From positions 1 to 60,808 of the forward strand of contig JAWWDX010000001.1 of NCBI GenBank assembly GCA_033719695.1: a stretch of 60,808 bases of DNA. The letters are read 5' to 3'. This stretch comes from Putridiphycobacter sp. (GTDB lineage Bacteria > Bacteroidota > Bacteroidia > Flavobacteriales_D > Crocinitomicaceae). Shown here piece after piece: positions 39,605-48,671 of this stretch. Position 1 is the stretch's first letter, and each line of letters begins with the position of its first letter. The translations under genes were made by a program, and so were the position numbers. The notes beneath the pieces are model-generated. The model did not search any database. It had not been told where the DNA came from and saw only the letters and a list, made by a program, of their open reading frames with translations.

Positions 39605-40045
39605 ATGTTTATAAAAAATATCTATTTTCTAATTTTTGCTATGTTCATTTTTGGATGCAAGAAAACAGAAGTTGGCTGCACAAATCCTTTGGCGGCGAAT
39701 TATAAAAGTGACGCCATAGAAGATGATGGCACATGTATTATTAAATATGAAGGCACATATTTAATTAAAGAGTTTCTGTTTGTAAATGGTGTTGAAACCG
39801 AATCAAAAACATATTCACTTAAAATTTCTTTTTTATCTTCCGAAGACTCCATTCAACTTGATAATATGTGGGATTATGGTAAAACCTTGGTAGCTACCAA
39901 ATCTAAATTTACTTTTACTATTCCCGAACAAGCATATGACCAGAATACCACCGTAACTGGTGAAGGTACTTTTGACTTTGGAAAATTAACTTATGAAACA
40001 GCGTATGGCGATTTGAGGCATATAGGAGAAGGAACTCGCATTTAA
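39605..40045 (+). CDS. Hypothetical lipoprotein (paralog of 42305-42814)
   Basis: Lipobox IFGC-KKTE, GCTNPLAANY...DDGTC motif. Confidence 0.75.
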   Translation: MFIKNIYFLIFAMFIFGCKKTEVGCTNPLAANYKSDAIEDDGTCIIKYEGTYLIKEFLFVNGVETESKTYSLKISFLSSEDSIQLDNMWDYGKTLVATKSKFTFTIPEQAYDQNTTVTGEGTFDFGKLTYETAYGDLRHIGEGTRI

Positions 40046-40055
40046 GAAAATAATA

Positions 40056-42302
40056 ATGAAAAGATTAGCTAGTGTATTTTTAAAAAGTATAGTTTTGACA
40101 GTCGTCTTTCAGCAGTCGCTGGTAATTAGTCAAACTAATCCTTGTGCTCAACTAGATTCCTACAAAATTGTAGTCTTAGGATCTTCCACTGCTGCCGGGG
40201 CAGGTGTTTCTAATTCTGACAGTGCTTGGGTTAATAGGTACAGAAATTATTTGGAAAGTATAAACCCCGACAATGAAGTGATTAATTTAGCCGTTGGTGG
40301 CTATAATACCTATAAAATAATGCCAACTGGATTTGCACAACCAACTAATCGGCCAGCTCCTGACACAAACAAAAATATCACCGCGGCACTCTCCTACAAT
40401 CCTGATGCAATTATTGTTAATATGCCGTCAAATGATGTAAGTGCAGGCTATAATTACACTGAGCAAATGTTCAACCTTGATAGTGTTTTTCAATTATCTA
40501 ATCAATATGGGGTTCCTATATGGATTTGCACCACCCAACCTAGAAATTTTTCTGATACAAATAAACTGATTCTGCAAAATAAATTAAAAGACTCTATACA
40601 ATCAATCTTTAGTCCATTCACCATTGATTTTTGGACTAGTATAGCCGAACCAAACTACACTATAAATCCAAGTTTTAACTCAGGTGATGGTGTTCATTTA
40701 AACGATAGTGCTCATGCCTTATTAAATGAGCGCGTCAAGGCAGTTGACATACTAAATTATTTATATACGTCACCCAATTTTACAGACTATAGCCTCCATT
40801 CAATTCTTACTAACTTTCCTTCTGAATGTGGCGATTCTACTGCTCAAGTAAAGGCTATTATAGCAAACCATGGCACTTTAGATAGTTTAGATGGGGTATT
40901 AACTATTTCTGTACAAAATATAAGTACAAATACGGTTAACAGTCAATCATTATTCTTTAGCCCAATTTCATCATGTGAGCTAGACACCATAGACTTGTTT
41001 ATCAATACATTTGATGCTGGAACCTATCATGTTTTTGCCTCCACAACTGCTGTTAATGACACGTCAAATTTTAACGATACACTGTCTTTTTATACAACAA
41101 CTAGTGGCAGACCCCAGCCCATAATACTAAACGACACGTTATGTGAACCTGGCATGGGTATTTTGGCCTTGCCCGCTATTACAGGCGATAGTACGTTTTG
41201 GTACCTGAGCATAGCTGACACTATTCCGTTTCACTTTGGAAATGTCTTTCAAAGTCCTATTTTATCAACCAACCAGACTTGGTATGTTGAATCCGTGAGG
41301 GGACCACTATATTACAATTCCAACCTTTACACCACTCAAAACGCTAATATAAATTTCAATGGTGCTATGTTAAACATTATGCCGCACATAGATTTATTTA
41401 TAGACAGCATTGGCTTAAAAATACTAAATACAGGGATACAAAGTGTTGATATTTTTTACAAAGTAGGAAGTTATTTAGGACATGAAAATAACCCTACCAG
41501 TTGGACATTACTAACAAATAGCACTGCCAACGTTTCGGATAGTTTAAGTTTGACTTATTTTGACATACCTACTTTTTCAGTTTTTGCAGACGACACCATT
41601 GGTTTCTATTTTCAAATGACCAACTCACAGGATAAATTGGGGTACTTATCTATGTCTACTCCGAAAACACGAACAAATAATGAATTAAGCATTTTTACAG
41701 GCAGTGGAATCGGGCATAATTTTACAAACAGTTATTATCCTCGAGACCTAAATTGCGATTTTCAATATCATTTTGAAAATAGTTCTTATGGAACGTGTAC
41801 TTCGGGTAAGTTCCCTGCAAATGTTTATGTTTCAACTGCAGACATAACACTTGCTAATGATACCATTATCGATATCAACGACTCTATTGCTCTAACAGTC
41901 CCTGGAGGTATTCATGATTGGACGTGGAGTACAGGTGATATAGATTCGAGTATAACGCTTTTAGCAGCTAATTTAGGGCTTGGTATCCACTATATTTCAA
42001 TTGATGGGTTTGATAGTTTAGGTTGTCCAATAAACGATCAAGTAACCATTGGCGTAGCAGATTTAGTTGGTATACTGTCATATGAAAACACAAGTATTCA
42101 ACTCTTCCCTAACCCAACTAGGGGCCCGCTATTTTCCACTATGAATGCTATTGAATTTGTAGCCATTTATGATTCATTTGGAAAAATGGTGCATAAACAG
42201 TACACCTTTCCTGTTGACCTGAGTTTACTGTCGCCAGGAATTTATCATGTCGTTGTTAGTGACTTCATTGAACTTTTCAATTTTCAGATAATAAAGCAGT
42301 AA
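40056..42302 (+). CDS. Secreted SGNH/GDSL hydrolase with Ig-like domains and type A T9SS C-terminal domain
   Basis: LGSST, AVGG, PSND and DGVH blocks; C-terminal LFPNPTRG...PGIYHV...IIKQ. Confidence 0.88.
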   Translation: MKRLASVFLKSIVLTVVFQQSLVISQTNPCAQLDSYKIVVLGSSTAAGAGVSNSDSAWVNRYRNYLESINPDNEVINLAVGGYNTYKIMPTGFAQPTNRPAPDTNKNITAALSYNPDAIIVNMPSNDVSAGYNYTEQMFNLDSVFQLSNQYGVPIWICTTQPRNFSDTNKLILQNKLKDSIQSIFSPFTIDFWTSIAEPNYTINPSFNSGDGVHLNDSAHALLNERVKAVDILNYLYTSPNFTDYSLHSILTNFPSECGDSTAQVKAIIANHGTLDSLDGVLTISVQNISTNTVNSQSLFFSPISSCELDTIDLFINTFDAGTYHVFASTTAVNDTSNFNDTLSFYTTTSGRPQPIILNDTLCEPGMGILALPAITGDSTFWYLSIADTIPFHFGNVFQSPILSTNQTWYVESVRGPLYYNSNLYTTQNANINFNGAMLNIMPHIDLFIDSIGLKILNTGIQSVDIFYKVGSYLGHENNPTSWTLLTNSTANVSDSLSLTYFDIPTFSVFADDTIGFYFQMTNSQDKLGYLSMSTPKTRTNNELSIFTGSGIGHNFTNSYYPRDLNCDFQYHFENSSYGTCTSGKFPANVYVSTADITLANDTIIDINDSIALTVPGGIHDWTWSTGDIDSSITLLAANLGLGIHYISIDGFDSLGCPINDQVTIGVADLVGILSYENTSIQLFPNPTRGPLFSTMNAIEFVAIYDSFGKMVHKQYTFPVDLSLLSPGIYHVVVSDFIELFNFQIIKQ

Positions 42303-42304
42303 TT

Positions 42305-42814
42305 ATGGCTCATTACATTCAGATCTCAAGCATGCAAAAAACAGTTAAAACCATATTAATTACGGCGTTTTTATTATTAAGCTCTGCTATTATAACGGCT
42401 TGTAAAAAAGAAGGCTGCACCTATCCTGCTGCTAATAATTTTGATCCACTTGCAAAAAAAGATGATGGCTCTTGTGATTATACTGACTTAACGCCTGATG
42501 TGCGGACCAAATATGTTGGAAGTTATCTTATAATGGATTCGGCTTTTCTCGACGGCGCCTTTTATGAAATTCAAAATTATTCGTTACAAATTGATTTCAA
42601 TAATACAATTAGCGACACATTGTATTTTAAAAACTTGTGGAATGATGGTGCAACATACATGGTAATTTTATCAGGCAACAGCTTTTCAATGCCTTCACAA
42701 CAAGTGAGTGGACCTTATTATGCTAGCGGATCGGGAAGCATTGTTGATGGCCAAATTTCCTATACTACTTCTGGAGATGTATACTTAAATAAAGGGACTG
42801 GCCAAAAACAATAA
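42305..42814 (+). CDS. Hypothetical lipoprotein (paralog of 39605-40045); alternative start 42332
   Basis: Lipobox ITAC-KKE, GCTYPAANNF...DDGSC motif. Confidence 0.75.
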   Translation: MAHYIQISSMQKTVKTILITAFLLLSSAIITACKKEGCTYPAANNFDPLAKKDDGSCDYTDLTPDVRTKYVGSYLIMDSAFLDGAFYEIQNYSLQIDFNNTISDTLYFKNLWNDGATYMVILSGNSFSMPSQQVSGPYYASGSGSIVDGQISYTTSGDVYLNKGTGQKQ

Positions 42815-42863
42815 TAATTCACTGATTATAAATTTAGTAGACCAGTACAGTTGTTTTCTTTCT

Positions 42864-43304
42864 TTATTGAACTTGGTAGGTGAATACCCTTGGCATTTCT
42901 TGTCCTCCGTTAGGGTATGTTTCTTTTAAAACCAATGCTTTTTCCGTTAATTCTAATATTTCTCTTTGTTCTATATAGCTTGCAAAGCTAAAACCATCTC
43001 CCTTTGTCCTCCCTTTGAACCTTATTTGAGCATATTCCTTTTGAAATTTCCAATCTTGAAAACTCAGTTCTTCTTCACAGCTCACTGCACCAAAATCAGT
43101 TGTAATTTCCCCATTGGTGCTAAACACAATGGTATTATCTAATTGACAACTATCAGCTAGCTCTGTACCATTTTTTGTAATACTCACTAAACGCCATTCT
43201 TTATCAATCAAACGACTTAATTGATCATAATTTTCAATTTTCTGACATCCAGAAATTGCCACGCCGGCAATCAATAAAATAGCTAGTAATTTCAATCCTT
43301 TCAT
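42864..43304 (-). CDS. Lipocalin-like lipoprotein
   Basis: Lipobox ISGC; L..KEWRLVS, C..DN...F..NG and ILELTEKALVL motifs. Confidence 0.7.
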   Translation of the reverse strand: MKGLKLLAILLIAGVAISGCQKIENYDQLSRLIDKEWRLVSITKNGTELADSCQLDNTIVFSTNGEITTDFGAVSCEEELSFQDWKFQKEYAQIRFKGRTKGDGFSFASYIEQREILELTEKALVLKETYPNGGQEMPRVFTYQVQ

Positions 43305-43410
43305 CCTAAAAGTTTGAAGCAAATTTAAGTCTTTCCCATTGGGTTTCCTAACTACTTGAAATTAAAACTTTGTTCTGTACAGCACTTCTAAAAGGATGAA
43401 GTTTCAATAC

Positions 43411-43520
43411 TGATAAACTGCCATTTTGGCTCATTTGGGGCTCAACTAATGTCATTTTGACATTAAAAATAAGCAAAAACTGTTATCTTTTCAGAATAAT
43501 TGCAATGGTACCGATTTTGT
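43411..43520 (+). promoter_or_regulatory. Sigma54-type promoter of hsp20 with three phased upstream TGnCA-N3-TGnCA boxes
   Basis: TGGTACCGATTTTGT at 43506-20 has -24/-12 spacing. Boxes start at 43419, 43450 and 43481. Confidence 0.7.
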
Positions 43521-43562
43521 GTATAGATGATTCGTAAATGTTTAACTAAAAACGATATTACC

Positions 43563-43994
43563 ATGACACTCACAAAAAAAAGAAATCCATTTTTTCCATC
43601 AGTATGGAATGATTTATTCGAAAGTAACTATTTAACGCCTCAAACGAGCGCTCAAAGAGGTATTACTGTTCCGGCAGTCAATATTAAGGAGACTGAAAAT
43701 AACTATTTGGTAGAAATGGCTTCGCCAGGTATGAAGAAGGAAGACTTCAAAATTAATTTAGAAGATGATGTTTTAAGCATCTCGGCTGAAATGAAGTCAG
43801 AACATGAGGAAACTGGCACACAGTATACACGCAAAGAATTCAGTTTTTCATCATTCAAACGCGAATTTACACTACCAGAAACGGCTGACACAGATCAAAT
43901 AACAGCAAACTACTTTGATGGTATTTTAACCATAACCATTGCAAAAAAAGAAGAGGCTAAGCCAAAACCAGCTAAGCTTATTGAAATTCAGTAA
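43563..43994 (+). CDS. Small heat shock protein (Hsp20/alpha-crystallin)
   Basis: PAVNIKE, PGMKKEDF, RKEFS..SF.R.F.LP and A.Y.DGIL motifs. ATG 43563 preferred. Confidence 0.95.
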   Translation: MTLTKKRNPFFPSVWNDLFESNYLTPQTSAQRGITVPAVNIKETENNYLVEMASPGMKKEDFKINLEDDVLSISAEMKSEHEETGTQYTRKEFSFSSFKREFTLPETADTDQITANYFDGILTITIAKKEEAKPKPAKLIEIQ

Positions 43995-44034
43995 ACCATC
44001 AAGAATTTTTTCATAATTAGATAGTTAGGTAAAG

Positions 44035-44064
44035 AGCCTCGGCAATATATGTCGGGGCTTTTTT
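44035..44064. terminator. Intrinsic terminator after hsp20
   Basis: AGCCTCGGCA-ATATA-TGTCGGGGCT-TTTTT. Confidence 0.8.
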
Positions 44065-44078
44065 GATGGTCATTTCAC

Positions 44079-44825
44079 TTAAACATCTTTTGCTGCACTA
44101 GCGTTTAATACATTTTTTAAATCGAGTATGAAATCAACATCCTCTTCTATTTTGTTTCCTATCACTACAATGTCCGCTCCTGCTTGATATGCCATTTCAA
44201 CGCCTTCAATCGTTGTGATGCCACCACCTACAATGAGTGGTACAGCTATATTTGATTTTACAGCGGCAATCATTTGAGGTGAAATTGCTTTTCTAGCCCC
44301 GCTACCAGCATCCATAAAAATAGTTCTTAAACCTAACATTTCACCAGCAATAGCTGTTTGAACAGCAATGTTTATTTGATCGTTGGGTATAGGTGTAGTT
44401 TGACTGACATAGGCCACTGACGAGTTTTTTTCACCATCTATTAGTAAGTAGCCTGTTGGAATCGCTTCTAATCCAATTTCTTTGATTCTATGGGCTGATT
44501 CTACTTGGTGCCCAATTAAATAATCGGGGTTACGACCTGAAATCAATGATAAAAATAAAATGGCTTCCGCATGTTTACTAACCTGCGTTTGTGACCCTGG
44601 AAAAATAACAAGCGGTATTTTAGTATGTCTCTTTAATATACCCATACATGCATCCAAATCAGATTCAGAAACAGTACTGCCACCCACAAAAATTAACTGT
44701 GGATTTACAATATTTAGCTTTTTAACTATCGGCAATAGTGTTGCTTCTGAATGCATTTTTTCAGGGTCTATAAGAATAGCCAACTTTTTTTCGCCGTTTT
44801 GAAATAAATCTAGAATCGCTTTCAT
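44079..44825 (-). CDS. Geranylgeranylglyceryl/heptaprenylglyceryl phosphate synthase (PcrB family, group II-like)
   Basis: LIDPEK, VGGS, FPG, SGRNP.YLIG, DAGSGA, VGGGI and VIGN motifs. Confidence 0.9.
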   Translation of the reverse strand: MKAILDLFQNGEKKLAILIDPEKMHSEATLLPIVKKLNIVNPQLIFVGGSTVSESDLDACMGILKRHTKIPLVIFPGSQTQVSKHAEAILFLSLISGRNPDYLIGHQVESAHRIKEIGLEAIPTGYLLIDGEKNSSVAYVSQTTPIPNDQINIAVQTAIAGEMLGLRTIFMDAGSGARKAISPQMIAAVKSNIAVPLIVGGGITTIEGVEMAYQAGADIVVIGNKIEEDVDFILDLKNVLNASAAKDV

Positions 44826-44911
44826 GTGCCTGTAAAGATAATACTATTCTTTATTGTCTCTGTTTTTAAAGGCATAATGATACCTTTGCAAAAACCTTTA
44901 CTTAAACTGTT

Positions 44912-45526
44912 ATGTCATTCAAAAAATTAAATCCTGAATTATTAGCGGTAATGACCGAAAAAGGCATTCAAACTCCGAATGATTTTCAAGCCAATTTTTT
45001 TCCACTTATGAAACAGGGTGTTGATTTATTTGGCATTGGCCCGAAAGGCTGCGGTAAAAGGACCGCTTTGATACTTACGGTGTTGCATAAATTGCAGTTT
45101 AAGGCCGAAGAAGATGCCCCTAGAGCGATTATATTAGTTAAAGATAAGGCTGAAGCATTAGCCCTTGAAGAAGCATTTTTATCATACATCAAGTACAAGA
45201 CAGATTTAAGGGTCTATGCCGCCTATGAAGAAAAAATGATTGAACACCAAAAAGATGAAATCTACTTTGGCGTAGACATTTTGATCAGTACTGTAAAACG
45301 TTTCAGCAAATTGTATTTTTTGAATTGTATCAACGTTAATCTATGTCAAACCTTTTGTGTTTATAAAGCAGACTTTATTATTCGAAAAGACTTTCATACA
45401 GACATTGTGCGTATTTCAGAAAGTTTGACGAAATGCCAGCACATTGTGTTTGCGGAATCTTTCCACCCAAAACTGGAGATTTTACATGAATTGATTATGC
45501 CAAAAGCAAGAATTGTTAAAGGCTAA
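44912..45526 (+). CDS. Stand-alone, degenerate DEAD-box N-terminal domain
   Basis: SFKKL..., GIQTPNDFQ (Q motif), GPKGCGKRT (motif I), motif II = YKAD. No helicase C-domain. TACCTTTG promoter at 44881. Confidence 0.75.
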   Translation: MSFKKLNPELLAVMTEKGIQTPNDFQANFFPLMKQGVDLFGIGPKGCGKRTALILTVLHKLQFKAEEDAPRAIILVKDKAEALALEEAFLSYIKYKTDLRVYAAYEEKMIEHQKDEIYFGVDILISTVKRFSKLYFLNCINVNLCQTFCVYKADFIIRKDFHTDIVRISESLTKCQHIVFAESFHPKLEILHELIMPKARIVKG

Positions 45527-46139
45527 TTTTGCTATTGTTAATGTAGGCCCAAGCCATCATCATGTCGTGCTTGAGCTTTCGAACTATAAAGTGGGGCTGA
45601 ACATCAATGCCTTCAACTTTTATATGCGCTGAATTATTTGGTTCAACTGTATCTAAATATATGTCGTCCATAAAAAAGACATCATCCATATCCATTAATT
45701 TATAAACCGCTTCTTTAATGCACCAAGCTTTTGTTAAGTCTTCAAGGGATTCAAACCTTTCTTCTGTCCTCATAAACTTATGCTTAACCCTCGCAATTTT
45801 CTTGGATATTGGTTCTATGTCAATACCTAATTCAATCGTTGGCGAATAGGCAATCGCAATAGCTTTGTGTGAGTGAGAAATGCTTAAAAATCCTTTTTCA
45901 AGCGTTGGCTTTCCTGTTGAGCGATAGGTAATGTTATCGGGGTGATTAAAAGCTTGCCATAAAACCCTTGTGTAGTAAAATTCTAACTGCCGTTTTTTCG
46001 ATTTATACTGATTATATTTTTCAAGCTCAACATGATTAAAAAAAGATGTATCAATCGGTCTGTCACCATTGCTGTGGTAATGCAGTAATTTAATGGTAAC
46101 TGTATCTGAATGTTCAATATCCTCAATCCAATAGTTCAT
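45516..46139 (-). CDS. 4'-phosphopantetheinyl transferase (Sfp-like)
   Basis: GKP, SISHS, GIDIE and WCIKEAVYK motifs. Confidence 0.9.
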   Translation of the reverse strand: MNYWIEDIEHSDTVTIKLLHYHSNGDRPIDTSFFNHVELEKYNQYKSKKRQLEFYYTRVLWQAFNHPDNITYRSTGKPTLEKGFLSISHSHKAIAIAYSPTIELGIDIEPISKKIARVKHKFMRTEERFESLEDLTKAWCIKEAVYKLMDMDDVFFMDDIYLDTVEPNNSAHIKVEGIDVQPHFIVRKLKHDMMMAWAYINNSKISL

Positions 46140-46267
46140 CTATCTCACATTATCTCGTTGATTTATCAGATTTCAAAGCAAAATGTAGCGCTTTCAAAAT
46201 CAATAATTCTTTTATTTGAAACTTCTTTCGTACTTTTGCACCGTAATTATAAGAAATTTTATAACAA

Positions 46268-47581
46268 ATGAGTAATACACAAGAAAAAGTACAGTACAAA
46301 GTTAAGGATATTAGCCTAGCTGAGTGGGGAAGAAAAGAGATTAGATTAGCAGAAGCAGAAATGCCTGGTTTAATGTCGTTAAGAGAAGAGTTTGGCGAGT
46401 CTAAGCCTTTAGCAGGTGCTAGAATTGCTGGTTGTTTACACATGACCATCCAAACAGCTGTATTAATTGAAACATTAACAGCACTAGGTGCAGAAGTTAC
46501 TTGGTCTTCATGTAATATATTTTCAACGCAAGATCAAGCTGCTGCTGCCATTGCGGCTACAGGTGTTCCGGTTTTTGCTTGGAAAGGTATGAATGAAGAA
46601 GAGTTTGACTGGTGTATCGAGCAAACTTTATTTGCGTTTGAAGGTGGAAAGCCATTAAATATGATTTTAGATGATGGCGGTGATTTAACCAATATGGTAT
46701 TCGATCGTTTTCCTGAGTTAACAAAAGATATTAAGGGCTTATCTGAAGAAACTACAACTGGTGTTCACAGATTATACGAAAGAAAAAAGAATGGCACATT
46801 AGTAATGCCTGCAATTAACGTTAACGATTCTGTTACTAAATCTAAATTTGATAACAAATACGGTTGTAAAGAATCTTTAGTTGATTCTATTAGAAGAGCA
46901 ACTGATACAATGATGGCAGGAAAAGTTGCTGTTGTTTGTGGATATGGTGATGTTGGTAAAGGTTCTGCTGCTTCATTAAGAGGTGCAGGTGCAAGAGTAA
47001 TTGTTACTGAAATTGATCCAATTTGTGCATTGCAAGCAGCAATGGACGGGTTTGCAGTTAAAAAATTGGAAAATGCTTTAACTGAAGCTGATATTGTGGT
47101 AACAACTACAGGTAATAAAGATATCATTGTTGGTCGTCATTTTGAGGCCATGAAAGACAAAACTATTGTTTGTAATATAGGTCACTTCGATAACGAAATT
47201 GATGTCGCTTGGTTAAATAAAAACCACGGACATACAAAATCTGAAATTAAGCCACAAGTTGATTTGTATAATGTAAATGGAAAAGACATTATTTTATTGG
47301 CAGAAGGACGTTTAGTGAACTTAGGTTGTGCAACTGGACACCCATCATTCGTAATGTCAAACTCTTTTGCAAACCAAACGTTGGCGCAAATTGAATTATG
47401 GAATAACGCTGATAAATACGAAAACGACGTATATATGTTGCCAAAGCATTTAGATGAAAAGGTAGCAAAATTACACTTAGCGAAAATTGGTGTTGAGTTA
47501 ACTGAATTAACAAAAGATCAAGCTGACTATATTGGTGTGAAAGTTGAAGGACCATACAAGCCAGAACACTATAGATACTAG
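46268..47581 (+). CDS. ahcY: Adenosylhomocysteinase
   Basis: [34 protein letters not shown] and GHPSFVMS motifs. Confidence 0.98.
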   Translation: MSNTQEKVQYKVKDISLAEWGRKEIRLAEAEMPGLMSLREEFGESKPLAGARIAGCLHMTIQTAVLIETLTALGAEVTWSSCNIFSTQDQAAAAIAATGVPVFAWKGMNEEEFDWCIEQTLFAFEGGKPLNMILDDGGDLTNMVFDRFPELTKDIKGLSEETTTGVHRLYERKKNGTLVMPAINVNDSVTKSKFDNKYGCKESLVDSIRRATDTMMAGKVAVVCGYGDVGKGSAASLRGAGARVIVTEIDPICALQAAMDGFAVKKLENALTEADIVVTTTGNKDIIVGRHFEAMKDKTIVCNIGHFDNEIDVAWLNKNHGHTKSEIKPQVDLYNVNGKDIILLAEGRLVNLGCATGHPSFVMSNSFANQTLAQIELWNNADKYENDVYMLPKHLDEKVAKLHLAKIGVELTELTKDQADYIGVKVEGPYKPEHYRY

Positions 47582-47630
47582 ACCGCTAGCGCTATTAGAT
47601 TTTAGATCGCTGCGCTACTAGATACTAAAT
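47572..47630 (+). repeat. Short degenerate direct repeat built on TAGATAC heptamers, starting in the ahcY 3' end
   Basis: TAGATAC TAGACCGCTAGCGCTAT / TAGATTT TAGATCGCTGCGCTAC / TAGATAC TAAAT. Confidence 0.65.
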
Positions 47631-47635
47631 TAATT

Positions 47636-47670
47636 AAAACCCTCTTTGCTGTTGCATTGAGGGTTTTTTT
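47636..47670 (+). terminator. Intrinsic terminator after ahcY
   Basis: AAAACCCTC...GAGGGTTTTTTT. Confidence 0.85.
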
Positions 47671-47704
47671 GTAAATGCTATCTTTGGGTAGATTCAAATT
47701 CATT

Positions 47705-48451
47705 ATGAAACTGCTTGTATTGTCATTATATCTAACCTCAACAATAGTCATGGCACAAACCACTCCTATTCAACTCGGCGATTCTACTGTTCAACTAATA
47801 AAAATGTTTAATGCTCCTCAGTCGAATGTGCTGTTTTTTAATATGCACGAAGATGAACAAACCAGCATTGATGTTTCTAAAGCCTTTGGATACGGTCATG
47901 CTATAAATTTTGCATACTTACACCACCAATTGACAAGACGCGTGTTTTACAATGTAGGAAAACGTGAATTTTCGGTTGATCCCAACCGAATTTATACGAA
48001 AAAAGGTAGAAGAAAAACCATTGAACCGTGGCGACTTATTACTTTTAAAGCAAATAATGAAGCAGCAAAGCTAGCAAACACAATTTTAAGCCTCATTAAG
48101 CCCTTTAAAACCATTGTAACCATGCACAACAATACTGATGTTGAATATACCATTAAAAGTTACTTACCTGGTGGAGATGAAGCCAAAAACACTGCTGATA
48201 TTTACATAAGTGACAAATGGGATGCTGATGATTTTGTGTACACGACATCAATCGACTTTTTTAACCATTTAAAAGCAGCGGATGTGAATGTGATATTACA
48301 AGATAATGTTCGTTTTGTAAATGACGGTTCACTGTCGGTTTACTGCGGTATTAATGGGATTGATTACCTCAACATTGAAGCACAAAAAGGGCATTTTGAT
48401 GAACAGTTACGATTAACAGAAATTGTGTATCATATGCTGATGGCGTATTAA
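47705..48451 (+). CDS. Exported protein with M14-clan zinc carboxypeptidase/deacylase-like motifs
   Basis: Signal peptide; HEDE, DPNR, MHNN and NIE in the order expected for HxxE...NR...H...E. Confidence 0.6.
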   Translation: MKLLVLSLYLTSTIVMAQTTPIQLGDSTVQLIKMFNAPQSNVLFFNMHEDEQTSIDVSKAFGYGHAINFAYLHHQLTRRVFYNVGKREFSVDPNRIYTKKGRRKTIEPWRLITFKANNEAAKLANTILSLIKPFKTIVTMHNNTDVEYTIKSYLPGGDEAKNTADIYISDKWDADDFVYTTSIDFFNHLKAADVNVILQDNVRFVNDGSLSVYCGINGIDYLNIEAQKGHFDEQLRLTEIVYHMLMAY

Positions 48452-48620
48452 TCGAGTTTATTCGACATTCATTAGGACCTTATTCAAGAGTTAGGATGAT
48501 TCATATATAAATATCCTCCGTGACAATGACGGTAATGAATTACACTGAACCATGTAATCTATATCTTTTTAAAAGGAAAATGTTTCTCTGTTTGTACTTT
48601 AAATCATTCAACTAAAAACT

Positions 48621-48649
48621 AAAAACCCCCGCTAGTATTAGCGGGGGTT
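48621..48649 (-). terminator. Intrinsic terminator of the 1756-aa T9SS protein gene
   Basis: AAAAACCCCCGCTA-GTAT-TAGCGGGGGTT. Confidence 0.9.
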
Positions 48650-48671
48650 CAGTATTTAAACTAATTAAGAA

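Noticed and set aside
46140-46267. Possible SAH/SAM riboswitch upstream of ahcY
   Set aside because: The promoter element at 46231-38 leaves only ~25 nt of AT-rich leader, with no aptamer-like sequence.
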